64,000 bases of DNA, taken from assembly GCA_965226495.1 (NCBI GenBank), contig OZ245365.1, positions 3,296,001 to 3,360,000 of the forward strand. The letters run 5' to 3'. A program made the translations under genes and the position numbers. The notes under the pieces were generated by a model, which was not told where the DNA came from, made no database searches, and saw only the letters and a list, made by a program, of their open reading frames with translations. This DNA is from Candidatus Marinacidobacterales bacterium (GTDB taxonomy: Bacteria > Acidobacteriota > Vicinamibacteria > Marinacidobacterales > DATDRI01). Below, in pieces: positions 48,772-59,471 of this stretch (positions within the stretch are counted from its first letter, which is position 1; each line of letters starts with the position of its first letter).

Positions 48772-50556
48772 ATGCCCCGATTCATCGCTAGCCGGCTCGC
48801 CATCATCACATTTCTTTTTTCTCACTTCGTGCCTTCGCATGGCTCGGCAGCGGCGACGCAAAATCAGCCCGCCCCCGCCCATGAAGTACCGGGAATGCCG
48901 GTCATCGATCACGACCCCGTGGACTGCGTGATCGAGAACGTGCACCCGCTTTTCCAGGCTTCCGTTCAGGCGCAGGGCGGTCTTCACACCGTCAAGATTT
49001 ACTTTCACGCCAAGGACTACAACGATTTCTATTACGTGGAGATGGCCGAGACGGGCAACGTTTGGCAGGCGTCGCTTCCGATAGCAGCGCCGGAAACGAA
49101 CGGCTTCGTCTACTACATCGAGGCGGTGGACCTTTCCTTCAACATGTCTCGCACCGCGGAACATACGACCAACGTCACCGGCGAGAACGAGTGTGAACGA
49201 CGGGATGAGGGTGCACCTCCGATCGCAGTAGGCAGCACCGTTCCTGGCGCGCCCGCCGTACCGGAAGGCTTCCTCGCGACCGGGATCGCGAGGCTCATCA
49301 CATCCACCGGCGCTACTCAGGCGGTGGGCGGAGGAATCGGTGTCACCACCGGCGTCATCATCGCGGGGGGCGCGGCGGCAGCGGGCATCGGTATTCTCGC
49401 TGGCGGCGGCAGCGACCCAGAGCCCGAGCCGGAACCCCCGCCAACCGTGGCCCCACCTCCCGGAGGGAGTGGCGGTGGTGGCGGCGGTCCCACCGATCCG
49501 ACACCGGGACCCGAGCCCGAGGGCACGGATCCGGTGGCGTGCTTCGACACCGATCCCAATCCACCGGTTGTCGACATCAACGACGCCGTGAGGTTCAACG
49601 CGTCTTGTTCGTCCGCCGACAAACCTCTTCGCGCGCAAATGGATGACAAGATCGAAACCTACCACTGGCGCTTCAACGATGGGAAGGCGGACAAGGAAGG
49701 ACGGGTCGTCAATCACCTCTACGTGAGAGCGGGCACGCATCCCGCCGAGCTCACCGTCACCGACAGTGCAGGAAACAAGGACACGACATCGATCGATGTC
49801 ATCGTGCGCGGCGGTGCAACCGGCGGCGGTGGCGGCGGCGGACCCGGCGGCCCGGGTCCGCCAACGGGCGCCGACCTGTCGCTTTCCGGGCGTGTAGCCG
49901 TGGGCGGCTTTACAGTGACCGTCTCGAACGCCGGCCCCTTGCCCGCCCAAAACGTAGTACTGACCGTTAGCTGCGATCAGCAAATGACTACGGGAGGTTT
50001 CTTGAACTGCACGCCCCCTGGCGCCAGCACTTCGAAAACCTGCGCGGCTTCCTCCCCCATCGGGGTCGGTGGCAGTGGTTCTGTCACTGCCACGGTCGCC
50101 AGTGGGTCGACCTGCCAAGCGGGCGTTACGTCGGCCACCTCCGACCCCAATACAGCTAACAACACCGCCATGGGTACCGTGCCACAACGCTCGCCGGACA
50201 CAATCCCCGTCGCGCTCGACACCGAGTTTACCAGTCGGCTGGATATTCCGCCTCCCAACGGAAGTGTTCGCGGCCAGGTGCTATTGAACGGAACCCAGCT
50301 CGACCAGACGGATAACAGCGCACCCTTCCGCCACCATCTGAAAGGACAAGGCGGCAAGAACACAGTGCAGGCTCGAGTGGTCTCGGGTACCGGCGAAGGC
50401 CGTTGGGTTTTCAACTTCTCGGGGGCTCCCAACTTCGTTTCCGGGAGCCTAGCGGTCCAGTCCGGGCAAGTGATATCGCGGGGTTCGGATCGGGTCGTTT
50501 TTCGAGTAGGCCCGTCGGGCGCGCCGATTCGGTTCCGCTATCGACTGTCGCCGTAG
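48772..50556 (+). CDS. Secreted/membrane multidomain protein with PKD-like domain
   Basis: Signal peptide, Gly/Ala hydrophobic segment, Pro-rich linker, FNASCS...YHWRFNDG...LTVTDSAG (PKD-like), DPNTANN. Confidence 0.7.
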   Translation: MPRFIASRLAIITFLFSHFVPSHGSAAATQNQPAPAHEVPGMPVIDHDPVDCVIENVHPLFQASVQAQGGLHTVKIYFHAKDYNDFYYVEMAETGNVWQASLPIAAPETNGFVYYIEAVDLSFNMSRTAEHTTNVTGENECERRDEGAPPIAVGSTVPGAPAVPEGFLATGIARLITSTGATQAVGGGIGVTTGVIIAGGAAAAGIGILAGGGSDPEPEPEPPPTVAPPPGGSGGGGGGPTDPTPGPEPEGTDPVACFDTDPNPPVVDINDAVRFNASCSSADKPLRAQMDDKIETYHWRFNDGKADKEGRVVNHLYVRAGTHPAELTVTDSAGNKDTTSIDVIVRGGATGGGGGGGPGGPGPPTGADLSLSGRVAVGGFTVTVSNAGPLPAQNVVLTVSCDQQMTTGGFLNCTPPGASTSKTCAASSPIGVGGSGSVTATVASGSTCQAGVTSATSDPNTANNTAMGTVPQRSPDTIPVALDTEFTSRLDIPPPNGSVRGQVLLNGTQLDQTDNSAPFRHHLKGQGGKNTVQARVVSGTGEGRWVFNFSGAPNFVSGSLAVQSGQVISRGSDRVVFRVGPSGAPIRFRYRLSP

Positions 50557-50580
50557 GTCGTGTGCTACGCGGCGGCCTGG

Positions 50581-51876
50581 TCAATGAAGACCGGGGAGAA
50601 CGCCGAGAGCCATCTCGTCTGAGACTTCGTTGACGAGAACGCGGGCGAAAACGTTGCGGAGGGGTCGGGAAGATAGGACTCCGACGCGCATGTAGTTGTC
50701 GGTAAGGCCGGTCCAAAGTCCGCTTTCGTCCTGTTGCTCGAAGAGAACTTCCACTTCTTGCCCGAGGTAACGGGAGCCGAACTCACGCCGCTTGCGGCGC
50801 GAAAGCGCCCGCAGTCTCTGGCTTCTCTCCTTGATGATCTGGGGAGACACATGTCCATCCCGACGTACCGCACGAGTACCGTAGCGCTTCGAGTAGCTGA
50901 AAACGTGAAAGTACGAAAGAGGAAGCTCGGTGAGAAGCTGTTCTGTCCGCTCGAACGACGCGTCACTCTCGCCGGGAAAACCGACGATGAGATCGGTTCC
51001 TAGTCCCGCGTCGGGGACCGTCCGTACCACCCCACCCAGGAAGCTCCGGTAATCATCGGCGCGGTAGCGACGATTCATCCCCTCCAGGACGGAGTCGTCC
51101 CCGCTCTGGATCGGCACATGAAAGTAACGGCACAATTTTAGAGATTCTGCCATGTAGTCGACCAGTCGGGGCTCGATCGTCGTCGGCTCGATGGACGTAA
51201 TACGGATCCGCCGGAGACCCTCTACATCCTCCAGCCTTTGAATCAGCTCGAGAAACGACCGACCCTCGGAGCGGTAGCGACCGATGTTCACACCGGTCAG
51301 GACGATCTCTTGATGACCGCGTACCACGAGCTCTCGTGCCTCGCGAAGGACGTCCTCGAGCTGTCGGCTTCTTTCCCTTCCCCGCGTGAAAGGGATGATA
51401 CAGAAGGAGCAGAAGAAATCGCACCCGTCTTGAACCTTCAGGTTGGCCCGCGTCGTCGTGTACTCTCCGGTACCATCCACTTCAAAATCCGAATCATCGA
51501 TGAGATGCGAGTGCAGCACGACGGGGTCCGGGAGTTTGCGTGGGCGATCGATGAAAGCCGGGAACTTCATCTTGTATTCGGTGCCTACGATCATGTCGAT
51601 GCCCGGGATCTGTCTCAAAGCCTCGAGCCCTACCTGCGCATAACAGCCGGTGACCACGACGAACGCGTTGGGGGAGCGGCGAAGGACCTGTCGAATCACG
51701 TTACGGCATCGGGCCTCACCGTGGTCGGTGACCGAGCACGTGTTGATAACGGCGAGATCGCATGGCTCCCCCCACTCCACCATGGAGTACCCCTTACCCT
51801 TGAAGGTACCCGCCAGTACGGCGGTCTCCGTCTGGTTGAGTCGGCAGCCTAGCGTATAGAAAGAAGCTCGGTACAA
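50581..51876 (-). CDS. mtaB: tRNA t6A37 methylthiotransferase
   Basis: TLGCRLNQ, INTCSVT, VTGCYAQ, LKVQDGCDFFCSFC (radical SAM), C-terminal TRAM-like region. Confidence 0.9.
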   Translation of the reverse strand: MYRASFYTLGCRLNQTETAVLAGTFKGKGYSMVEWGEPCDLAVINTCSVTDHGEARCRNVIRQVLRRSPNAFVVVTGCYAQVGLEALRQIPGIDMIVGTEYKMKFPAFIDRPRKLPDPVVLHSHLIDDSDFEVDGTGEYTTTRANLKVQDGCDFFCSFCIIPFTRGRERSRQLEDVLREARELVVRGHQEIVLTGVNIGRYRSEGRSFLELIQRLEDVEGLRRIRITSIEPTTIEPRLVDYMAESLKLCRYFHVPIQSGDDSVLEGMNRRYRADDYRSFLGGVVRTVPDAGLGTDLIVGFPGESDASFERTEQLLTELPLSYFHVFSYSKRYGTRAVRRDGHVSPQIIKERSQRLRALSRRKRREFGSRYLGQEVEVLFEQQDESGLWTGLTDNYMRVGVLSSRPLRNVFARVLVNEVSDEMALGVLPGLH

Positions 51877-51953
51877 AGCGGATGTCCTCTAAACGGGCGA
51901 GTATAACACGCTTTCATCCCCGAGCAGGCACCCGAGCCGATCACGCAAGCCAA

Positions 51954-52625
51954 TCACCCAAGCAAGACAAGATGAAGCTCTCCGGGACCGTGAACGCCTA
52001 CCGTGTGAACAAGCTCGATGTCGCCCGTACTGCTGGGCCCGGTTATGAAGGTAAGGGCACTGGGAAGCGCCCCCTCCTCCGCGGTCACTCGCTCGAGGAG
52101 CTCCCCCAACTCGAAACAGATGTTCCGCGGGCGAAGCACCGCGATATGAAATGGCGGGACCAGGGACACGGCACGTCCTTCACCCGGACGGGTCAGAAGA
52201 GCCAGTGTGCCAGTCTCTGCGATGCCGTAGTCGACCCCCGTCAACCCAGCCTCCGCGGAAAAATTCGCATCGCGGATCGCTTCGCGCGAGCCGCCCGCTC
52301 TCAAATCGCAAACCTCGAGCTCGATCCCCGACTCGAGCAGTGCGCGGTCCAGATCGAGCTCATCCAGGACCGCGGTCCGCGTTCGCACGAGTCGGCGCAC
52401 TCTGGCAGCGCGCAGCACGCTCACAATCCGAGCCTGCGCGTCCTCCGAAGACGGTGCTCGGTGCACCACTCCTTTCACCGCCTCGAGCTCTTGGGCCAGC
52501 CGGTCTGCCAACTCCCTCTCCGAGCGGCGCTTGCGGGGGGGCCTCTCTGGCGTCTCTCGTAGGGGAACCTCGTTCGTGGTCGCGTGAGCCAAGCGGAGCC
52601 TAGCGAGAAAGGATTTCTGGTCCAT
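51954..52625 (-). CDS. lutC: LutC/YkgG (LUD domain) protein
   Basis: IAETGTL, SLVPPFHIA, ITGPSSTGDIE...GVHGP; start trimmed to MDQKSF. Confidence 0.85.
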   Translation of the reverse strand: MDQKSFLARLRLAHATTNEVPLRETPERPPRKRRSERELADRLAQELEAVKGVVHRAPSSEDAQARIVSVLRAARVRRLVRTRTAVLDELDLDRALLESGIELEVCDLRAGGSREAIRDANFSAEAGLTGVDYGIAETGTLALLTRPGEGRAVSLVPPFHIAVLRPRNICFELGELLERVTAEEGALPSALTFITGPSSTGDIELVHTVGVHGPGELHLVLLG

Positions 52626-52633
52626 CTGTCTGC

Positions 52634-54073
52634 TTAGCCCCGCGACATTTCGAAACGCTGCCGAAAGGTCTTCCGAGCCGGCGCTGGAAAATCCCGAAAA
52701 CGTGACCAAGCGGCAAGTCCGGGAGGGCGGCGCATCATGCCGTTCGTGACGAAAGGGCGAGAGAGCCAGTAAGCCAATCGCGTGGCGAAGCGGTAGCGTC
52801 GCTCCGAGCTCATCAGGTAGACGAACGAACGCACCAGAAGCCTTTCGATCAGTCGGCGCGGGACAAAAGGGACAGGCCCGGCAGGCCGGATAGAACCCTC
52901 GCCGGAAACGACTTTCTTTCGCTGTTCCAACAGCAAACGAGGAATGTCGATGCGAACCGGACATACTTCTCGACAGGCGCCGCACAATGAAGAAGCAAAT
53001 GGAAGCTCGGGGGCTCGCTCATGTCCAACCAAAGAGGGCGTGATGACCGCTCCGATCGGACCGGAGTAGACCGAGCCGTAGGCGTGGCCGCCGGCGTGGC
53101 GATACACCGGGCAAACATTGAGGCAGGCTCCGCACCGTATGCAATAGAGCGATTCCCTCAGAATAGGATCGGCCAACAGGCGCGAGCGTCCGTTGTCGAG
53201 AACGATGAGATGAAACGCTTCCGGCCCGTCTTCCTCGCCCTCGCGCCTGGGCCCGGTGATGAGCGAAACATAGCTCGACATCTTTTGCCCGGTGGCGCTT
53301 CTGGCAAGAATTTTCAGAAAAATCGCCAGAGCCGCAAGGTCGGGGATGACTTTCTCGATGCCCATCACCGCGACGTGGACACGAGGAAGGGACGTCGAAA
53401 GCCGCGCATTGCCCTCGTTCTCAACGATCGCAATGGTCCCGGTTTCGGCGACCGCGAAATTGACGCCGGTGATCCCCATCTCAGCGTGGCGGAACTTTTC
53501 TCGGAGATGACGACGGGCCTCTCGAGCCAGCTCCTCGTGGCGCGACAGGCGAGGCGACCCGAGCTTCTCGACGAAAAGCTCTGTCACATCTTCTCTCGAT
53601 TTGTGGATCGCGGGCGCAATGATGTGGGAAGGCGCTTCGCCGGCAAGCTGAATGATGTACTCTCCCAGATCGGTCTCTACCGCCTCGACACCAGCGTCCT
53701 CCAAGGCTTCGTTGAGAGCGATCTCCTCGGTCGTCATCGACTTGCTCTTGACGACCCTACTTACCCCATACTGATGGGCAAGTCCTACGATGATCTCCTG
53801 CGCTTCTTTTGCGTCCCCGGCCCAGTGCATCGTGCCACCGTTGCCACGAACCGCCTCGGCGAGCTCGGTGAGATGTCGATCTAGCCCGGCGAGGGTTTTT
53901 TCTTTGATCTCCCTCGCGTCGTCGCGGAGGGAGTCACCCTCTGGGTATTGGGCAAAGGCCTCGTCCCTGCTCCCCATGATTTGGACGGTCGCTTTCGACA
54001 GTGCGTTCTGAAGCTTCTGATTGGAGAGGGCCTCCCTTACGTTCGCGGAGAAGCGATCGGGGCTGAGCTTCAT
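52634..54073 (-). CDS. lutB: LutB/LldF lactate-utilization Fe-S protein
   Basis: KSKSMTTEE, ETDLGEYI, CIRCGACLNVCPVY, SSLCGACREVCPVRIDIP. Confidence 0.93.
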   Translation of the reverse strand: MKLSPDRFSANVREALSNQKLQNALSKATVQIMGSRDEAFAQYPEGDSLRDDAREIKEKTLAGLDRHLTELAEAVRGNGGTMHWAGDAKEAQEIIVGLAHQYGVSRVVKSKSMTTEEIALNEALEDAGVEAVETDLGEYIIQLAGEAPSHIIAPAIHKSREDVTELFVEKLGSPRLSRHEELAREARRHLREKFRHAEMGITGVNFAVAETGTIAIVENEGNARLSTSLPRVHVAVMGIEKVIPDLAALAIFLKILARSATGQKMSSYVSLITGPRREGEEDGPEAFHLIVLDNGRSRLLADPILRESLYCIRCGACLNVCPVYRHAGGHAYGSVYSGPIGAVITPSLVGHERAPELPFASSLCGACREVCPVRIDIPRLLLEQRKKVVSGEGSIRPAGPVPFVPRRLIERLLVRSFVYLMSSERRYRFATRLAYWLSRPFVTNGMMRRPPGLAAWSRFRDFPAPARKTFRQRFEMSRG

Positions 54074-54807
54074 AACTCGTCTCCGGCCAGTAAGCGTGCA
54101 ACATGCACCACCCGCAATCCACTCCCCCGTCTGCGCAAAGCACCATCGAGATGCATGAGGCAACCGGAATCCGTCGCGGTCAAAACGTCCGCGCCTGTCG
54201 ATTCGAGCGCCTCGAGCTTATCGTTCAGCATGGCCTCCGAAAGCTCCGACATCTTGATCGAGAAAGCACCGCCAAAACCGCAACAGACGTTGGCTCCCGG
54301 AAGTTCTACGAGGTCCAAACCGTTCACGTCCTGCAATAGCTGGCGTGGCTGTTCGCAGACCCCGAGCTCGCGAAGAAGGTGACAAGAATCATGGTAGGTA
54401 ATCCGCTTCGAAACGCCAGGGGAGTCTTCCTTCCCAGATCGAAATCCCTCTTTGGAAAGAAACTCGGTTAGCTCGTAGACCCGGCTCGCCAGCCGACGAG
54501 CCCGTTCTTGCCACTCCGGCTCGCCTTCGAACAGCTCGGGGTAGAAGACCCGCACCATGCTCGTACAGGAGCCAGAGGGCGCGACGACGGCGGCGTACGG
54601 CTCGAATATCTCGATGAATCGACGAGCGAGCCGACGCGCTTCGTCCTGATAACCCATGTTGAAGGCCGGCTGCCCGCAGCAGGTTTGAGCCTGAGGAAAG
54701 TCCGGCCGACACCCGACCCTTTCGAGACAGGCAACCGATGACTCTCCCACCTCGGGAAATAGCTCGTCAACGAGGCAGGTTACGAAGAAAGCGACTTCTT
54801 TCGCCAT
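54070..54807 (-). CDS. lutA: LutA/YkgE (CCG domain) protein
   Basis: FVTCLVD, QTCCGQP, PSGSC, YHDSCH, CCGFGG. Confidence 0.92.
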   Translation of the reverse strand: MAKEVAFFVTCLVDELFPEVGESSVACLERVGCRPDFPQAQTCCGQPAFNMGYQDEARRLARRFIEIFEPYAAVVAPSGSCTSMVRVFYPELFEGEPEWQERARRLASRVYELTEFLSKEGFRSGKEDSPGVSKRITYHDSCHLLRELGVCEQPRQLLQDVNGLDLVELPGANVCCGFGGAFSIKMSELSEAMLNDKLEALESTGADVLTATDSGCLMHLDGALRRRGSGLRVVHVARLLAGDEL

Positions 54808-54824
54808 TGGGAACCGGGCCCTGA

Positions 54825-55166
54825 TCAACCGGGCGGCCAACGGAAGTTGCGGCCGGTCAGAAGGTGCAAGTGCAGGTGATAAACGGTTTGGCCAGCCCAG
54901 CTGTTGCAATTCACGACCAAACGATAACCCTTTTCCGCAACTCCCTCTTCGCGTGCTATGTCGCGTGCCTTGAGCACCAATCCTCCCACCAAATCCACGT
55001 CCTCTCTGCTAAGGTCGTTGATGGTGGGAATGTGCTTCTTCGGAATGACCAAGATGTGGGTGGGAGCCTGAGGGTTGATGTCTCGAAATGCGTAGATGCG
55101 CTCGTCCTCGAAGACCGAGGTACTGGGTCGATGCTTTTCGACGATATCACAGAAAGTGCATCCCAT
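54825..55166 (-). CDS. Histidine triad (HIT) nucleotide-binding protein
   Basis: CTFC, FRDINPQAPTHILVIPKKH, GQTVYHLHLHLL. Confidence 0.93.
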   Translation of the reverse strand: MGCTFCDIVEKHRPSTSVFEDERIYAFRDINPQAPTHILVIPKKHIPTINDLSREDVDLVGGLVLKARDIAREEGVAEKGYRLVVNCNSWAGQTVYHLHLHLLTGRNFRWPPG

Positions 55167-55285
55167 CAGTGGTGTCCGGTGCCTCGATGTTATGCGCAAG
55201 CGGCAGTTGCGGTCAACGAAGCGTCCTCGTCGATTCCGACGTGGCCCCGCGGGCACCTACCTGATAAGTTAGCTCACCAACGAGT

Positions 55286-55394
55286 CCCGCCTCCGCTGAA
55301 GCTTCCGCCGACGCTCCGCTTTGGCGAGACTCGACGAAGCCCGAAGGGCGAAGTCGGTCGGCGGGCCCGCCGAAGTCCTTGGAACGGAGGCGGG
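55286..55394. repeat. Four-arm palindromic repeat, copy C (appears nested)
   Basis: CCCGCCTCCG...CTTTGGCGAG..CGACGAAGCC..GGCGAAGTCGG...CCGCCGAAGTC..ACGGAGGCGGG. Confidence 0.65.
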
Positions 55395-55424
55395 TCGGGC
55401 TGAACATCAAGGAGGTCCTGATCT

Positions 55425-55874
55425 ATGAGCAAGAAAGCAGAGCTGTTGAGTCGCGGACATACGAAGCTAACCTTAGCGGGAGCGAAAGTCATTTTGGAAG
55501 CGGCCGAGGCAAAGGCGCGCGAGATGAGTCTAGCCATGGACATCGCGGTCTGTGACGAGGGAGGAAACCTTCTAGCCTTTCACCGCATGGAAGGGGCAAA
55601 GATAACGAGCATCGAGGTTGCCATCGGCAAGGCTTTCACCTCCGCCGCCACTCGACTCTCGACCGCGAAGTACGGCGAGGTGGCGGGGCCGGGCAAACCG
55701 GCGTTCGGCATTCACGTCAGCAATAGCGGCCGATTCATGATATTCGGCGGTGGTCTTCCCATTTCGGTCGGCGGCGAGCACGTGGGAGGGATCGGAGCTA
55801 GCTCGGGCACGGTCGACCAAGACACCGCCGTCTCTCAGGCCGGGATCGACGCTCTAATGGCCGCTCTTCGGTAG
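55425..55874 (+). CDS. GlcG/HbpS family heme-binding protein
   Basis: IAVCDEGGNL...RMEGA...IAIGKAFTS-like motif, FGGGLPI, GGIGASSG; RBS AAGGAGG. Confidence 0.9.
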   Translation: MSKKAELLSRGHTKLTLAGAKVILEAAEAKAREMSLAMDIAVCDEGGNLLAFHRMEGAKITSIEVAIGKAFTSAATRLSTAKYGEVAGPGKPAFGIHVSNSGRFMIFGGGLPISVGGEHVGGIGASSGTVDQDTAVSQAGIDALMAALR

Positions 55875-55978
55875 ATGTCGCACCTTTACATCCTGCTGTT
55901 GGGCGCGAAAATGCCGGTTGCCAGAATCGAACTCGCCAGGCGCCCCTTGTGGGGCGCGCTCCAGTGCGCTACGAATAA

Positions 55979-57169
55979 GTGATGCTTGCCGCCACGCTGG
56001 GAATCGCTCTCCTTCTCTCGCAGACCCCGGCCGAACCGTCTGACAGCGAAGACACTACCGAACAAGAGTCTCCCCGCTACGGCATCTCCGCCGACTTCGA
56101 TTGGAGCTTCAGCAACGCCGAGAAGTCTCCGCTGAACTTGACCTACTACGACAAGAACATCTTGAAGCTCCTGCGAGTCTCGCTGCTCTTCAACTTTCGC
56201 GCTTCGGATCGCGTCGGCCTCTATGTGAACATCACGTCGGAGAACCTCGACGCGCCCCATCTTTATGGGGCGTTCGTGCGCTTGGCGCCGCTTACCGACA
56301 ACAAGCTGTGGATCCAAGCGGGTAAGATCCCGCAACCCTTCGGCGCCTTTCCCGAACGTTGGTATCCATTCGCCAACCCGTTGATCGGTGACCCCTTCAT
56401 GTATTCCTACGTCACCTCCCTTCGACCCGATAACATCCCCGCCGGCCCCGATGACCTGTTGAGTCAAAGAGGAAACGGACGCTCAGCGCAGTTTCGCGGA
56501 GGAGGCAACGCCTCGCGAAGTAGCGGCGTTCCGATGATCGAGATCTTCAAATGGGCGGCTGGCGGAGTCGGGTTTGGAAGCGTCGGTCCATTCGAGTGGT
56601 TGGCCGGCGCCACCTCGGGAACTCTCTCTCACCCCGGAGGCGTCGACGAAGGTGACGGTGCGCAAGTCATAGGGAGGGCCCGCTATAAACCCTCTCCGGT
56701 TTTCAACGCCGGGGTATCGGCGGCAAGCGGTCGATGGCTCGACAACGTCGTCGAAGGCGGTTTGGGTGACCAGACGCTGAGCTCGTTCAAGCAGACCGGC
56801 GTCGGCGGGGACTTCAACTACGCTCGAGGCCATCTCATCGTGTACGGGGAGACGGCGTGGTCCCGTTGGGATGTTCCCAACATCGAAGAATCGGTCGATG
56901 CGCTCTCGGCGTTTCTCGAGACCCGTTACCGTCTAATCCCCGGCTTGTACGTGGCGGGACGGCTCGATCGCCTGATGTTCAGCGACATTACCTCGAGGAG
57001 CGGACAGCGCGAACCGTGGGAGTTTCCGGTCACCCGAGTGGAGATCGGTACCGGCTATTCCTGGGAAAGGCACGTGATACTGAAAGTGGTCGGTCAATTC
57101 AACTTGTACGACGAGGCCTCGGAGTTCGATGAGAAGATCATTGCGTTTCAAGTCGTGGTGCATTTCTAG
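55979..57169 (+). CDS. Putative outer-membrane beta-barrel (porin-like) protein
   Basis: Signal peptide, QAGKIPQPFG, amphipathic strands, C-terminal Phe. Confidence 0.65.
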   Translation: MMLAATLGIALLLSQTPAEPSDSEDTTEQESPRYGISADFDWSFSNAEKSPLNLTYYDKNILKLLRVSLLFNFRASDRVGLYVNITSENLDAPHLYGAFVRLAPLTDNKLWIQAGKIPQPFGAFPERWYPFANPLIGDPFMYSYVTSLRPDNIPAGPDDLLSQRGNGRSAQFRGGGNASRSSGVPMIEIFKWAAGGVGFGSVGPFEWLAGATSGTLSHPGGVDEGDGAQVIGRARYKPSPVFNAGVSAASGRWLDNVVEGGLGDQTLSSFKQTGVGGDFNYARGHLIVYGETAWSRWDVPNIEESVDALSAFLETRYRLIPGLYVAGRLDRLMFSDITSRSGQREPWEFPVTRVEIGTGYSWERHVILKVVGQFNLYDEASEFDEKIIAFQVVVHF

Positions 57170-57833
57170 CGCCCTCACTGGTTTCGTTGCCACCGCGGCA
57201 TCGACTCCGAGTGACGCCCAGAGTGGGCGGCCGGCGAGCCTCCACGGCAAAGTCGAGTTCCGCGGCTTCGTTCGCGCTCCCCAGTACGTCAACGATTTCT
57301 ATTCCTACCGACCACCCTCCATCGCGCCGGGACAGGAAAGTCCTCTTCGCGCCGTAATCTACTTAGAGGATCGGGACGACCGCCTCGCACCTGTCCACAA
57401 GATGCCACCGGCAGCCATCGACCAGAAAGGTGAGATGTTCATGCCGCACATCCTGGCCGTGCAGTCAGGCACCCGCGTCGACTTCCCAAACAGTGACGTC
57501 ATTTATCACAACGTGTTCTCCTTCTCCAAGGTCAAGCGTTTCGATCTCGGACGTTACCCGAAGGGTCAATCCCGTTCGGTGATCTTCGATCGCGTCGGCT
57601 TGGTACGAGTCTTTTGCGAGATCCATTCACACATGAGCGCGTTCGTCATGGTATTGCCTCACGGGTACTTCGACACCACCGATGCATCTGGCACCTACCG
57701 CATCTCGAAGATTCCACCCGGGCGATATCATGTGGTGGTGTGGAATGATCAGTTTCGTTCCGCACGCCGAGAAGTCGTGCTCAAGAGTGGAGAAGATACC
57801 GAGCTTGACATCGTCCTCGAACTGTCTCGCTGA
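57129..57833 (+). CDS. Secreted cupredoxin-like + carboxypeptidase-regulatory-like domain protein
   Basis: VDFPNSD..YHNVFS...FCEIHSHM (His/Cys/His/Met), TDASGTYRI...PPGRY. Confidence 0.8.
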   Translation: MRRSLRFKSWCISSALTGFVATAASTPSDAQSGRPASLHGKVEFRGFVRAPQYVNDFYSYRPPSIAPGQESPLRAVIYLEDRDDRLAPVHKMPPAAIDQKGEMFMPHILAVQSGTRVDFPNSDVIYHNVFSFSKVKRFDLGRYPKGQSRSVIFDRVGLVRVFCEIHSHMSAFVMVLPHGYFDTTDASGTYRISKIPPGRYHVVVWNDQFRSARREVVLKSGEDTELDIVLELSR

Positions 57834-57839
57834 GCAATC

Positions 57840-59471
57840 ATGTCGCTGCGCAATAAACTCTTCGTTTCCTTCGCGGCTATTTCCCTCCTCCTTCTCGCCT
57901 TCGTTTTCGTCGCCGTGGAGCTACGGGTGCGGGAACAGGTGTCGGGAGACACGGTGACGGAACTGCGGCAAACCGACGCCGCCTTCGTCGAACATTGGGA
58001 ATTTCTACGGGAACGGCTGTCTCGACAGGGCGCCATTGCCGCCGACGCTCCCAAGCTGAAGGCGGCCGTCGACACCGACGATCCGGCGACGATCCAACCG
58101 GTTGCCGACGAATTGCGCGACATGATCGATGCCGATTTGTTCGAGGTGCGGAACCAGCGGGGGCGTTCTCTGGCACGATTCGCCGAGGGGGACAACCATT
58201 CCTATTTGGAGGTGAGTTTCCCAATCGTCGTCGGCGACAGCGCGCTCGGGAGCCTCACCGCGGGTTACGGACTGGACCGGGCGTTTGCGGCACGCATGAA
58301 GCGGTTAGTGGGCGCGGAAGTGGCGGTGGTCCTCGAAAATCGAGTTCTCGCATCCACGCTTCCCTCGCAGCGCGAGGTGGAGCTCGCCGAGGGCCTGACC
58401 TCGCCCAACAAGGAAGGGACCTGGCAGCTGAACCTGGATGGTGAGTCCTACGTAGCGATGGCCGTCTCCCACGAGACGGGGTCGCAAGCCCAGTTCCTGA
58501 TCCTCCGTTCGTTAGATGAGAGCCTCCGTTTTCTCGGTGCGGTACGCCGCGATTTGGTCTTGCTCGGTATCTTTACGACCGCGATCGCTCTCCTAGCCAG
58601 CTACTTGACGGCGCGAACACTCACTCGGCCGTTGGCCGCCATTGTGGAGGGCATGCGAGAGACGGCTCGCTCGGGCGACCTGACGCGGCAAATCCACATT
58701 GAAAGCCGCGATGAAGAGGCGTCTTTGCTGGCCAAGACCTTCAATCACGTGGCGAGCTCACTCCTCGCATTCCAGAAGGAGGCGAAGCACAAAGAGCGGC
58801 TGGCGTCGCTGGGACGCCTTTCCGCCACCCTCGCACACGAGATTCGAAACCCCCTGACCATTATCAAGGGCTCGGCTCAGCAACTTCTCGAAGAGAGCTC
58901 CCTCGACAGCGAGGAGCGCGAAGCGGCGGCGGACATTATCCAGGAAGTAGATCGTCTGAATCGGCTGGTCCAATCGGTTCTGGAATCGGCCCGCCCGGCT
59001 TCTTTTCGTCTCGAGGAGGTCGATATCAACGAGCTCTGCGCGGATTGTCTGAGCGCGGTCGCCGACTCGCCACGGGTCAGGACCGAAACCAGCTGGGACC
59101 AGCGCCTGGAGCATGCGTCGGTGGACCCGGCGCGCCTCAAGCAGGTTCTATTGAACGTTCTGCTCAACGCGCAGGAGGCGATGTCCGGCGAGGGGACGCT
59201 GCGAATTAAGACCCGTCGCGCCAACGGCGATTACATCATTTTTGTCTCGGACACCGGCAACGGGATTAGCGAAGAGGATCTGCCGAACGTTTTCGAGCCC
59301 TTTTTCACCCAGAAGGCGAACGGTACCGGCCTCGGTCTTTCCGTCGCCCAGAATATCGTCGACGGCCTCGGGGGCCGCATCTCGGTCCACAGCACGCTCG
59401 GCCAAGGTACCGACGTGGAGCTTCGTCTACCCCTTACGCCTCGCCTCCCGACCTCCCCGACCTCCTCATGA
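57840..59471 (+). CDS. Membrane sensor histidine kinase (HAMP, HisKA, HATPase)
   Basis: Two TMs, HAMP, AHEIRNPL, NVLLNA, DTGNG, FEPFFT, GTGLGL. Confidence 0.95.
   Translation: MSLRNKLFVSFAAISLLLLAFVFVAVELRVREQVSGDTVTELRQTDAAFVEHWEFLRERLSRQGAIAADAPKLKAAVDTDDPATIQPVADELRDMIDADLFEVRNQRGRSLARFAEGDNHSYLEVSFPIVVGDSALGSLTAGYGLDRAFAARMKRLVGAEVAVVLENRVLASTLPSQREVELAEGLTSPNKEGTWQLNLDGESYVAMAVSHETGSQAQFLILRSLDESLRFLGAVRRDLVLLGIFTTAIALLASYLTARTLTRPLAAIVEGMRETARSGDLTRQIHIESRDEEASLLAKTFNHVASSLLAFQKEAKHKERLASLGRLSATLAHEIRNPLTIIKGSAQQLLEESSLDSEEREAAADIIQEVDRLNRLVQSVLESARPASFRLEEVDINELCADCLSAVADSPRVRTETSWDQRLEHASVDPARLKQVLLNVLLNAQEAMSGEGTLRIKTRRANGDYIIFVSDTGNGISEEDLPNVFEPFFTQKANGTGLGLSVAQNIVDGLGGRISVHSTLGQGTDVELRLPLTPRLPTSPTSS

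Noticed and set aside
48763-50187. 474-aa antisense ORF
   Set aside because: Shadow of the plus-strand PKD-like gene, which has the RBS, signal peptide and domain motifs
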